A stretch of DNA of 32,000 bases from Patescibacteria group bacterium (GTDB lineage: Bacteria > Patescibacteriota > Minisyncoccia > UBA6257 > HR35), in NCBI GenBank assembly GCA_030549845.1, contig JAUQQN010000005.1:1-32000 (forward strand). Direction: 5' to 3'. Below, one piece after another: positions 25,044 through 32,000 of the stretch (the first letter of the stretch is position 1; each line of letters opens with the position of its first letter). The translations under genes were made by a program, and so were the position numbers. The notes under the pieces are model-generated. The model made no database searches. It had not been told where the DNA came from and was given only the letters and a program-made list of their open reading frames with translations.

Positions 25044-27001
25044 TATTTTATTTCGGTGGGGGTATTGGGTTCAATTGATTTTAATAAACCCATAATACCC
25101 TCATTTAATATATTTTTTTCTTCTTCTTCTACTGAGGTTGGTTTGGGAAATTCTATATTTTCTATTTTTTCACCACCCTTCTTTCTTCTTTCTTCTTTCA
25201 AATTCTTAATTCCTCTCTTTTTTAAATAATTAAGATAATGAACGTAAATATGCGCATTTCTTGCTTCTGTTTCTGGTGATTTATAATGTATTGATATGTG
25301 TTCTAAGTCGTCGTCTTCTTCCATAACATCAACATAGTTATTTTCTTTTAGTTCTTCATTTTCTAATTTTGCCTTCAATTCGTGTGGTGTTGGGGGAAGT
25401 AAAATTTCAACTTGTTGCGGAGAGAGATCCATGTCGTATAGTAAAATTTTTAATGCCTCCTTTGGATTCCCGCCCAATTGTATTAAAAGTGGTAAAACCT
25501 CGGCCATCTCTCTTCTTCTAATTATTTTGTTTGGTTCTGTAAGAAGTGAAGAAACTATTTTAATGTCTGGATCAATTTCCGGGATAAAATCTGATTTTTT
25601 AACCTCACGAAAACTTTCTGCGCCGTAATAACCAACTACTTTTATAAGTTTTGTATCTCTTGGTTTTAAAAATCTTTTGTGTCTTTTGAGCCACCTATAC
25701 CAAAAGTCTTTTTCACCATCTAAAATATTTCTCATAATACTTGAAATCTGTAAATCCTGCTTTGCTTTTGCTATGGCTATTTCTGTTGCTGTTTTTTTGA
25801 CTTGCGTTAGAGAGCCCCTTAAAATTCTTGATGCTCCAACGGCACCAACCGCTTCATTTTGAATAATATTCATAAATGATATTGTATCATTAGAAACTAC
25901 ACCAGATTTCGGAAATGGAGTAATCTGACCTTGTGGGGGAACGTTAGTAAATATGTTTTTTCCTATTTCTCTTGTTAGCAAATCTTTTGGATTAACTAGG
26001 GCATTAACATTTACAAGAAACTGTGGAACGGCGTCCATTATTATTCCCTTTAATAGAAAGTTTTTAAGAATAACATCAACCCTATGGTTGTCCTCAATAA
26101 TATCTGGTAAACCTATGCCCCAACCAGAAATACTTGTTTTAATGAAATAATAAAATATAAATGGTATTTTGCTTTCATTGTTTCCTTTATCTCTATAATC
26201 TACCCTTCTAAATCCTAGTAAATTACTTATTCCGTTATCTGTCCAAACAACCCATAATTTGTTATTATTATAAAAATACCACTCTAAAATCTCTTGGTAA
26301 GTACTATTCATTACTGGCTCAAAAGAATAATTGTCGCCAATTAGAATTTGTTTTGCTTCTTCTTCTTGCCTTCTTTCATATGTTAGTGATTGAGCTGATT
26401 TAAATAGAATACTTTTTACTTTTTTCTCGTCTAGATTTGGATTATTAAGAAGTTCTTCCGGTGTTTTATAAACGAACCTTCCAGCAAATCTCGCGTCCTC
26501 AATTGAGGTTGCTTTAGGATCCAAAAAGAATGTAAAAGGAGATTGAACCACCGGTAAGAGAATCTTTCGAGATGTATCATATATAGAAACATCTAAAATT
26601 CCTGTTCCAAAAAAGATAATATCCCAGTTAAGCTCCCTTTGAATTTTTGCCATTCCCATTTCATCAAAATCAAAATCAGCAACAGCATTAGCAAATTTAA
26701 CTTTTTCTATATCTTCTGGTTTTCTTTCTTTAAACTCTGTCCTTCTTATATCATTATCAATCGAAGAATAAAGCTCGTGAAATTGAGTGAAGGTAAGTTT
26801 TGAACCAATTTGAATATCTGAAATAGATTTTCTGAATTGATTTAGATATAATTTGAGTTCTTCTAACCAAACCCTTTTTCTATTTAACCAAGACTCGCGA
26901 GAATAATTAAATTGACTTCTAACAATTTGAAGTATTTCATCTTCCCTCCATTCGTTTAAATCCCTTGTTATAAGTTCAATTAGTCTCTGTTGATTGATCA
27001 T
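25043..27001 (-). CDS. portal protein
   Basis: 652 aa, located between the large terminase and the scaffold/capsid genes, with an acidic C-terminus. The call rests on size and synteny. Confidence 0.65.
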   Translation of the reverse strand: MINQQRLIELITRDLNEWREDEILQIVRSQFNYSRESWLNRKRVWLEELKLYLNQFRKSISDIQIGSKLTFTQFHELYSSIDNDIRRTEFKERKPEDIEKVKFANAVADFDFDEMGMAKIQRELNWDIIFFGTGILDVSIYDTSRKILLPVVQSPFTFFLDPKATSIEDARFAGRFVYKTPEELLNNPNLDEKKVKSILFKSAQSLTYERRQEEEAKQILIGDNYSFEPVMNSTYQEILEWYFYNNNKLWVVWTDNGISNLLGFRRVDYRDKGNNESKIPFIFYYFIKTSISGWGIGLPDIIEDNHRVDVILKNFLLKGIIMDAVPQFLVNVNALVNPKDLLTREIGKNIFTNVPPQGQITPFPKSGVVSNDTISFMNIIQNEAVGAVGASRILRGSLTQVKKTATEIAIAKAKQDLQISSIMRNILDGEKDFWYRWLKRHKRFLKPRDTKLIKVVGYYGAESFREVKKSDFIPEIDPDIKIVSSLLTEPNKIIRRREMAEVLPLLIQLGGNPKEALKILLYDMDLSPQQVEILLPPTPHELKAKLENEELKENNYVDVMEEDDDLEHISIHYKSPETEARNAHIYVHYLNYLKKRGIKNLKEERRKKGGEKIENIEFPKPTSVEEEEKNILNEGIMGLLKSIEPNTPTEIK

Positions 27002-27371
27002 TTTTTGTAGAATACGGATATGGTTCTATTTCCTTTAATTTTTCTTCAACTATTTTTATAAATTGTTCTCTTGTTATTGGTGGTGGTTTAAGCTCTTTTT
27101 CTTGTCTTGTGGTAAACCTAGGATAAGCTAGAGCAATCACACAAAATTCTTCTGGTAATTCTCTAATCATTATATCATCATATAGATAATAATTTTCTTC
27201 TTTTGCTTTTTTAATTATTACACTTAAAAGCTCTTTTTTTAATCTTTCATCTATTCCTTCTTTTAAAAACCTTATAGAGCCAACTTTATATAACCAATCT
27301 GGATGCTTTTTGGCTATTTCATCTTTTTTAATCCTCGCATACAGAACCCTTACAAATTCTTTTTTAAACAT
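26976..27371 (-). CDS. hypothetical protein (131 aa)
   Basis: ORF between TerL and the portal. Abuts the TerL stop. Confidence 0.55.
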   Translation of the reverse strand: MFKKEFVRVLYARIKKDEIAKKHPDWLYKVGSIRFLKEGIDERLKKELLSVIIKKAKEENYYLYDDIMIRELPEEFCVIALAYPRFTTRQEKELKPPPITREQFIKIVEEKLKEIEPYPYSTKNDQSTETN

Positions 27372-28724
27372 TTAAATATTATACCACTCTTTTTGAAAAT
27401 TAAGAAGACTTTTTATTTTGTCTATATCAACAAAAAATGTTAGAGCAAGGGCATCGGCAACGTCTGGAGATGGAATACCCCTTTTCCTTAAAATGTCTTT
27501 TGGTATTATCATTATTTTTTTATCAGAATTTTTTTTATATTTAATGTTTAAAATTTGATTAAATGAATCATCTTTAATTAATTTTCCTCCCCCCAAAATC
27601 CAATTTCTTAACTTCCAGTATAGCTCCGCCCTAATATTTAAAAAATCTGGCTCAGATGATTTATTTCCCAAAACAATCGGAATTAAATTTAAAAAGCCGA
27701 TTTCCCTTAATCTATCTACAACACCCCTTCCAACACCAATTGCATCTATACAAATTTTAATAATTGGATAAATTTTTGATAAATTAAAAATTAAAGTAAT
27801 AATTTGCATCGTATCTTCTAATTTTTGATTAAATACTACTTTTGCTAATAAATTATTTCTTAAAACTATTGCTGTTTTATCTCCTCCGGCCCCAACATCA
27901 ACACCAAGTATGTTTTCTGAGTTTTTAAAAATTTTTTCAAATTCCTCGCCAAATACAAATGCATTTTCTAGCTCTTTAGATGTAATCAATGAAATAAAGC
28001 CCGACTCATCCATTTCACCCTCGAAAGCATACCAGTCACCATCCAAAAATGCCCCCCTTTCTTTTTCTGGTAAACTTTTAAGTTGCTCAAAATATTCATA
28101 ATTCAAATATGGATTATCGTGTGGTAATGCCTTAATAAAAGCTATTTGATTCCTATATTTCTCAAACTCTGATGGAAGATTTTTTTCAACAAAAAATTGC
28201 CTTACCCATAGCATATGTTCTCCAATTGGATTTGATGCGCAGATAAATTTTGTATCTTCAATACCAGGATATCTTAATCGAGTTAAAAGAATCTTAAAAG
28301 TTTCAAATGGTATTTGTGTTATTTCATCAATTGCCATTAAAGCAAATTCAGCAGAAAGATATTTTTCTGGTTCATCTAGGTTCCTAAAACTAATAATTGC
28401 TCCCCCATATTCTTCTTTTAAGTGAAATTCCTTTTTTTGCTCATAAAAGTCTCCTAACCATTCTGGAAATTCTTGTCTAATATACTTTAAATGTCTGTCT
28501 TCTAATTCCTTATAAGTTTTACAAAATAAGCCAATATGAGTAGAAGCGCCATATTTTTTAGCATAATACAAAGCATAATATAAAGAAATCCATCTCAGTG
28601 CATAACTTTTTCCACTCCCAGCACTCCCCCCGTACAAAACAAATTTATTTTCTTTTGTAGCCCGTAAAAACTCAATCTGTTTTTCAAAAAAATTTGCTAA
28701 CCGAAAAAAGTTTATTTTATTCAT
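27372..28724 (-). CDS. terL: terminase large subunit
   Basis: Walker A LYGGSAGSGKSY, Walker B LMAIDEI and coupling motif CASNP. C-terminal RNase-H-like nuclease with GVDVGAGGDKTA, CIDAIGVG and DVADAL. Track start 28733 is TTG; ATG is at 28724. Confidence 0.9.
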   Translation of the reverse strand: MNKINFFRLANFFEKQIEFLRATKENKFVLYGGSAGSGKSYALRWISLYYALYYAKKYGASTHIGLFCKTYKELEDRHLKYIRQEFPEWLGDFYEQKKEFHLKEEYGGAIISFRNLDEPEKYLSAEFALMAIDEITQIPFETFKILLTRLRYPGIEDTKFICASNPIGEHMLWVRQFFVEKNLPSEFEKYRNQIAFIKALPHDNPYLNYEYFEQLKSLPEKERGAFLDGDWYAFEGEMDESGFISLITSKELENAFVFGEEFEKIFKNSENILGVDVGAGGDKTAIVLRNNLLAKVVFNQKLEDTMQIITLIFNLSKIYPIIKICIDAIGVGRGVVDRLREIGFLNLIPIVLGNKSSEPDFLNIRAELYWKLRNWILGGGKLIKDDSFNQILNIKYKKNSDKKIMIIPKDILRKRGIPSPDVADALALTFFVDIDKIKSLLNFQKEWYNI

Positions 28725-28900
28725 ATATACCAAATAAAAATTATATTAAATTTTTGCCCAAAATTGTCTTATAATTGATGTTTTTTTTATTCCCTTGTAC
28801 CACCCTACAAGAGATTAAATTAATCATAAATTATAACTCAAAATAAAAGAATTTTTCCAACTAGCTTAATCAAATTTCACATATTTTTATTTTTAAAAAC

Positions 28901-28932
28901 AAATCTAAACAGATTAGATTTTTAAAATCTAA
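28901..28932. repeat. three-arm inverted repeat able to form two alternative hairpins
   Basis: AAATCTAA (28901-28908), TTAGATTT (28914-28921), AAATCTAA (25-32 of the same decade, i.e. 28925-28932). The middle arm can pair with either flank. Lies in the 221-bp gap between the terS-like gene and terL. Confidence 0.5.
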
Positions 28933-28954
28933 TTTTTATTTTTTTTTAAAAAAA

Positions 28955-29365
28955 TTAAATCTCAATTATTTTTTCCTCTTTATCTTTTTCCCCCTCTTCA
29001 TTTTCTTTTTTAAATTTTTCTTTTGCTGGTTCGGTTAAATCTATAAGTAGCTGCTTTTGAATAACCTCCAGTTGTTCTGGTGCTTTCCCAAATAGTCTAT
29101 CCATGAAATCCCGCCAAAATTGATAATCTCCTTTAAACATCCTTTTAAAACCCAATTTAATTATTTCAATTTTTGCTTTATCCGGATTTTTGTTTAAATT
29201 CAAAGCTTCCGCTACTTCTTTCCAAGCTTCCCTAAAATAAGTTTCAAAATTTTTTCTTCCTTTTGGCCTACCGTGCGGATTCCCCGAAACCCCGGGGGGA
29301 AATGGCCTCCCTCTTAAGATTTTTCCAGTTTTACTAATAATTTTGTTTTGATTTTGGCCCTCCAT
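28955..29365 (-). CDS. terminase small subunit candidate (DUF5681-like N-terminus)
   Basis: GRPFPPGVSGNPHGRPKGRKN matches the F.pGqSGNP.GRPKG motif I recall from DUF5681 proteins, which often sit upstream of terL. The C-terminus is acidic. Confidence 0.5.
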   Translation of the reverse strand: MEGQNQNKIISKTGKILRGRPFPPGVSGNPHGRPKGRKNFETYFREAWKEVAEALNLNKNPDKAKIEIIKLGFKRMFKGDYQFWRDFMDRLFGKAPEQLEVIQKQLLIDLTEPAKEKFKKENEEGEKDKEEKIIEI

Positions 29366-29543
29366 TTAATTAATTTTTTTAATTTTCTCAGCCCCCCCTC
29401 CTGGGATTTTAATTCTTTAACTCCTTTTTCTGGTTAATTTTTTCCATTTTTACCCTTTTTTAATTTTACCATAATTTTTAATTTTTTTTAAGTCACCATA
29501 AAATTTAAATTTTTTATAAATCCTAGGAAAAATCCCCAAAAAT

Positions 29544-29709
29544 GTTTCCAATGAACTAGTGTAGGATTGAAAGACTTATTTTTATTTTAATAATATAAAA
29601 AAATCTTTTGTTTCCAATGAACTAGTGTAGGATTGAAAGGAAATTAAAGCAAGTGTAGATAAAATTACACTAACACTAAGTTTCCAATGAACTAGTGTAG
29701 GATTGAAAG
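29544..29709 (+). CRISPR. cas-less CRISPR mini-array: 3 identical 30-nt repeats, 2 spacers (36 and 40 nt)
   Basis: GTTTCCAATGAACTAGTGTAGGATTGAAAG at 29544-29573, 29610-29639 and 29680-29709. Spacers are ACTTATTTTTATTTTAATAATATAAAAAAATCTTTT and GAAATTAAAGCAAGTGTAGATAAAATTACACTAACACTAA. Orientation is set by the 3' ATTGAAAG tag. A 178-bp AT-rich leader lies upstream. Confidence 0.8.
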
Positions 29710-29877
29710 ATGCTTGGAAGAGGTTAAAGATTTTATTTTCAAATGGTAAGGGGATTGATTTAACATTGAGCTAATCCTAAAACTAACATTATAGTAGAGC
29801 TTGCTTTTTTATCATGGAATTCTTTCTGTTTTTGCTCAAGATATTTTTACTTTAATTTTAATTTTCTAATCTTTAAG

Positions 29878-29886
29878 TTATCCACA
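29878..29886 (+). promoter_or_regulatory. consensus DnaA box (TTATCCACA) 11 nt upstream of a -35 element
   Basis: Exact 9/9 match to TTATCCACA. It is the only perfect copy outside the 1186/1198 pair. Confidence 0.45.
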
Positions 29887-29896
29887 GTCCATGTGC

Positions 29897-29924
29897 TTGA
29901 CAAAAAAAATTTGAGGAATATAAT
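29897..29924 (+). promoter_or_regulatory. consensus sigma70 promoter
   Basis: TTGACA (29897-29902), 16-nt spacer, TATAAT (29919-29924). Both hexamers are perfect. Confidence 0.7.
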
Positions 29925-29957
29925 TATTTAAAGTTAAAAAAATAAAAATTAAAAAAT

Positions 29958-29998
29958 TTGGCTGCCACATGGTATTTAAAGAATACCGAGGTGGCCAA
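29958..29998 (+). promoter_or_regulatory. 5' UTR hairpin that pairs the only SD-like element of ORF 30004
   Basis: Outer helix 29958-29966 with 29990-29998 (7 Watson-Crick plus 2 G-U pairs). Inner helix 29971-29975 with 29983-29987. GAGGTGG (29988-29994) lies in the 3' arm, 9 nt before the ATG. Confidence 0.45.
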
Positions 29999-30003
29999 AA
30001 AAT

Positions 30004-30399
30004 ATGAATGAAAAAGAAAGAAGAAAAATTAAAGTTGAAAAAATTAATTTTAGGGGCGAGGAAGTGTATACAATCAAACTTAGAAGGTGGCTCTCTCACG
30101 GTAAGGAGTGGGCAGCCCTAATTGTAAACGGAGTAATAACTAGTGATGGTAAAAAAATAATAAATTTAGAATTTTGCCCGAAAATAATTTTTGAGTGGTC
30201 TCATTCAGGAAAAAACGGAACAACTATAGTGAAATTGTTAGGAGGAGGATTTTACAAAATCTCAAATCCTGATGGTGTTTACGGAAAAGACGCCATTGGC
30301 TATTATTTCTGGGATGGAAAAAGTGATGAAATGAAAGAAGTGGATGAAGACTTTGCAATTATTTACGCAGATACATGGTCTTATCACATCCAAAAATAA
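30004..30399 (+). CDS. hypothetical protein (131 aa)
   Basis: ORF downstream of the consensus promoter. No motif recognised. Confidence 0.65.
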   Translation: MNEKERRKIKVEKINFRGEEVYTIKLRRWLSHGKEWAALIVNGVITSDGKKIINLEFCPKIIFEWSHSGKNGTTIVKLLGGGFYKISNPDGVYGKDAIGYYFWDGKSDEMKEVDEDFAIIYADTWSYHIQK

Positions 30400-30428
30400 C
30401 TAAGGTATAACTTAACTAAGGTATAACT
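30397..30428 (+). repeat. 16-bp tandem direct repeat x2 (TAACTAAGGTATAACT) plus a partial third
   Basis: Copies at 30397-30412 and 30413-30428 are identical, and AGGTAT recurs at 30430. The first copy begins at the TAA stop of ORF 30004..30399. Confidence 0.7.
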
Positions 30429-30491
30429 CAGGTATCTGCTTTATAACCGCTAACTGTTTTTGGCCTGTTTCTTTTATATTTTCCAAAATTT

Positions 30492-30535
30492 TAAATTTTA
30501 TTTTTTAAGATTCTAAATTTTATTTTTTAAGATTC
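30492..30535 (+). repeat. 22-bp tandem duplication x2 (TAAATTTTATTTTTTAAGATTC)
   Basis: Copies at 30492-30513 and 30514-30535 are identical. The second copy contains the stop and last codons of ORF 30527..31657 (-). Confidence 0.7.
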
Positions 30536-31657
30536 TGCTGTAAGATTTTTATATTCCTCTTCAGTAATTTTAAATTTCCAAGCAAATGCGGAATAGACAC
30601 TATTTATATTTTTTGGAATAAATGAAATATATTCTTTCCCTGTGCTTATATCTTTATATTTTAAAAATTTAACAAAATCATTTGTATTTTCATTTAAAAC
30701 CATCCACAACTCCCCCCTCTCATTTTTATCTTTTAAAACAGCCAATTTTTCATACTCAAGTGCTTTTTCTAATCCGCCAATAAATTTTGTAAATATAACT
30801 CTTTTTTCTACATTTCTTATTCCTAATAAATTATAAATACTAATATTTTTATTTAAAATAAGAGAAGACTCAAGCACCTCTTTGTCTGAGTTCTCATGTA
30901 ATAATAAATATTTAAAATCTATTTTATTTTTTTCTAACAAATTTTTTAAAATGTTTAAATCATTAACATCTTGAAAGTTAAAATAAAAATAAAATGATTG
31001 CATAAAAAAATCTGAATTAGAATTAAATAAATTATATAAACTTTCTTTATTTATTAATAATTTCATAACCCCGCTTATGTGCATTTTTTTATTATTAATA
31101 ATTTCTATTCCAAGCATGTCAACAACATCTACATTCTCAATAATTACTTCTTTTGTGCTTACTTTCTTTTTCTCTCTTAAAACCGGCAAAAATGATAAAA
31201 CATTACCCCTTTTTATATTAATATTTTTAATTCTTTTATTTTTATTTTCAACAAAAAGCATTAAATTATCAAACCCCTCACCCTCTATAACCTGAAAATT
31301 TGAGAAAACCTTAAAAGATTTTTTTATATTATTAAAAGAAAAATAAGTATATATTTTTTTATCGACCGTCAGCTGTGCAGTTTTTGAATAAACATCATTT
31401 AAATAAATTTTTAAATAGCTACTTAAAACAGGTAAATTATTATCTATTTTAATATCTAGCTCTCCTGTCTCTAGCCCCTGCACAACAACATTTTTAACAT
31501 TTAAAAAATTACAATATAAAAACTCATTAACTTTTTCATTATAATTTTTCCCTGTTAAATAAACATCTTTTATATTTTCCTCATAAAATTCTAAAACTTT
31601 ACTTTCTTTTTTACTTGTATAATTTTCATCTTTTATTAATATTTTTTTATCAAGCAT
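30527..31657 (-). CDS. hypothetical protein (376 aa), very Lys/Asn/Ile-rich
   Basis: Long ORF. The C-terminal GELWMVLNE..YKDISTGKEYISFIPKNINSVYSAFAWKFKITEEEY resembles a conserved C-terminal module of uncharacterised proteins that I cannot name with certainty. Confidence 0.6.
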   Translation of the reverse strand: MLDKKILIKDENYTSKKESKVLEFYEENIKDVYLTGKNYNEKVNEFLYCNFLNVKNVVVQGLETGELDIKIDNNLPVLSSYLKIYLNDVYSKTAQLTVDKKIYTYFSFNNIKKSFKVFSNFQVIEGEGFDNLMLFVENKNKRIKNINIKRGNVLSFLPVLREKKKVSTKEVIIENVDVVDMLGIEIINNKKMHISGVMKLLINKESLYNLFNSNSDFFMQSFYFYFNFQDVNDLNILKNLLEKNKIDFKYLLLHENSDKEVLESSLILNKNISIYNLLGIRNVEKRVIFTKFIGGLEKALEYEKLAVLKDKNERGELWMVLNENTNDFVKFLKYKDISTGKEYISFIPKNINSVYSAFAWKFKITEEEYKNLTAES

Positions 31658-31714
31658 GTTTTTTTAATCCTTAAATCCTAATTTTTAGGATTTAAGGATT
31701 TAATTATTAATAAA

Positions 31715-31981
31715 TTAATCATTTATATTTTCCCAATCATCTGTCAAATAATTAAAATTTCTCTCACATAAAACAGCATATAAACCCTCCTCAACCTGTA
31801 TATCTTTATGCTCTTCATGTTTTAAAATCCCCCTACAGTTTTCTAATTTTATAAAAATTATATTTTCATTTAATTTTAAATCACTTCCCTCAAAAACATA
31901 AAAATTTTTATCACTTACTAAAATATGTTTATGCCCGCCCGCACCTTCCTTTATTACAAACTCATTTATCTTATTTACCAT
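31715..31981 (-). CDS. hypothetical small protein (88 aa), possibly a cupin-like beta barrel
   Basis: GGHKH..ILKHEEHKDIQVEEGLYAV His-rich pattern. Complete ORF near the window edge. Confidence 0.5.
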   Translation of the reverse strand: MVNKINEFVIKEGAGGHKHILVSDKNFYVFEGSDLKLNENIIFIKLENCRGILKHEEHKDIQVEEGLYAVLCERNFNYLTDDWENIND

Positions 31982-32000
31982 TTTTTTAATAATAAATCTT

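Noticed and set aside
1299-28101. Many 60-135-aa track ORFs lie antisense to, or out of frame within, long genes. Examples: 1299..1706(-), 3108..3419(-), 4212..4469(+), 4698..4907(+), 6065..6349(+), 6961..7194(+), 7734..8078(+), 9099..9455(+), 11245..11514(+), 12818..13078(+), 13328..13660(+), 14732..14947(+), 17660..17914(+), 21475..21657(+), 23803..24162(+), 25431..26150(+) and 27910..28101(+).
   Set aside because: Each is fully nested in a longer ORF that has recognisable motifs or operon context. Their translations are low-complexity Ser/Leu/Phe/Ile strings, as expected from the complement of AT-rich Lys/Glu/Asn coding sequence.
29387-29405. G/C island reading CCCAGGAGGGGGGGCTGAG on the minus strand, considered as the SD for the terS-like gene.
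   Set aside because: AGGAGG ends 31 nt before ATG 29365, which is too far for an SD. No in-frame alternative start lies closer. Its function is unknown.
29574-29679. Self-targeting by the two spacers within this window.
   Set aside because: By eye I found only 7-8-nt chance matches (for example GTAGATA at about 2597, and AGTGTAG shared with the repeat itself). An exhaustive search needs a computer, so this remains untested rather than disproved.
29732-29761. Possible degenerate fourth CRISPR repeat (GGATTGA recurs at 29752-29758).
   Set aside because: Only about 11/30 positions match when aligned on GGATTGA, and the implied spacer would be 22 nt. I therefore treat the array as 3 repeats and 2 spacers. 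A decayed terminal repeat cannot be excluded.
29878-30099. Minus-strand 73-aa ORF across the promoter and 5' end of ORF 30004.
   Set aside because: It covers a perfect + strand promoter, the UTR hairpin and the first 32 codons of the + ORF. Its translation is Phe/Ile/Asn low-complexity.
1-32000. tRNA/rRNA genes, an integrase with att sites, cas genes, reverse transcriptase/DGR, and recoded stop codons.
   Set aside because: I saw no cloverleaf-like GC-rich 70-90-nt segments. I saw no tyrosine or serine recombinase motifs and no RT YxDD motif. Long uninterrupted ORFs under the standard code leave no large unexplained gaps. Prophage versus free phage therefore cannot be decided from this window.

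Overview
This AT-rich 32-kb window reads as most of a tailed-phage or prophage genome from a bacterial host. All domain calls come from reading motifs in the supplied translations; no homology search was possible.

Layout:
- 1-3800 (+): early/replication module. It holds a Cas4-like nuclease (partial), an HTH protein, and a winged-helix/zinc-ribbon initiator-like gene with an origin-like repeat cluster inside it (iterons, an AT tract and three phased DnaA boxes). It also holds a membrane-anchored SLT transglycosylase, two leader-equipped cassette ORFs, a coiled-coil protein and an Hjc-like resolvase.
- 3845-5116 (-): an inverted two-gene cassette of a Cas4-like nuclease plus a trypsin-like protease. 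It has its own strong Shine-Dalgarno (SD) leaders, overlapping divergent sigma70 promoters and a bidirectional terminator.
- 29365 down to 5505 (-): a ~24-kb late operon. In order: terS-like, TerL, portal, scaffold, HK97/N4-gp56-like capsid, tail and receptor-binding genes, a LysM protein, a 1096-aa virion protein, an embedded ATP-grasp enzyme, a 931-aa tail fibre, a KH-domain protein, an M23 peptidase and a holin-like protein.
- 29544-29709 (+): a cas-less three-repeat CRISPR mini-array whose repeat ends in ATTGAAAG, the Cas6-type crRNA tag. It is followed by a DnaA box, a consensus promoter and a structured 5' UTR in front of a 131-aa ORF.
- 30400-32000: two tandem duplications and two very AT-rich ORFs of unknown function.

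I found no cas genes, integrase, tRNA or rRNA. The most interesting items are the phage-borne mini-array together with two Cas4-family nucleases, the nuclease-protease cassette, and the origin embedded in the initiator gene.
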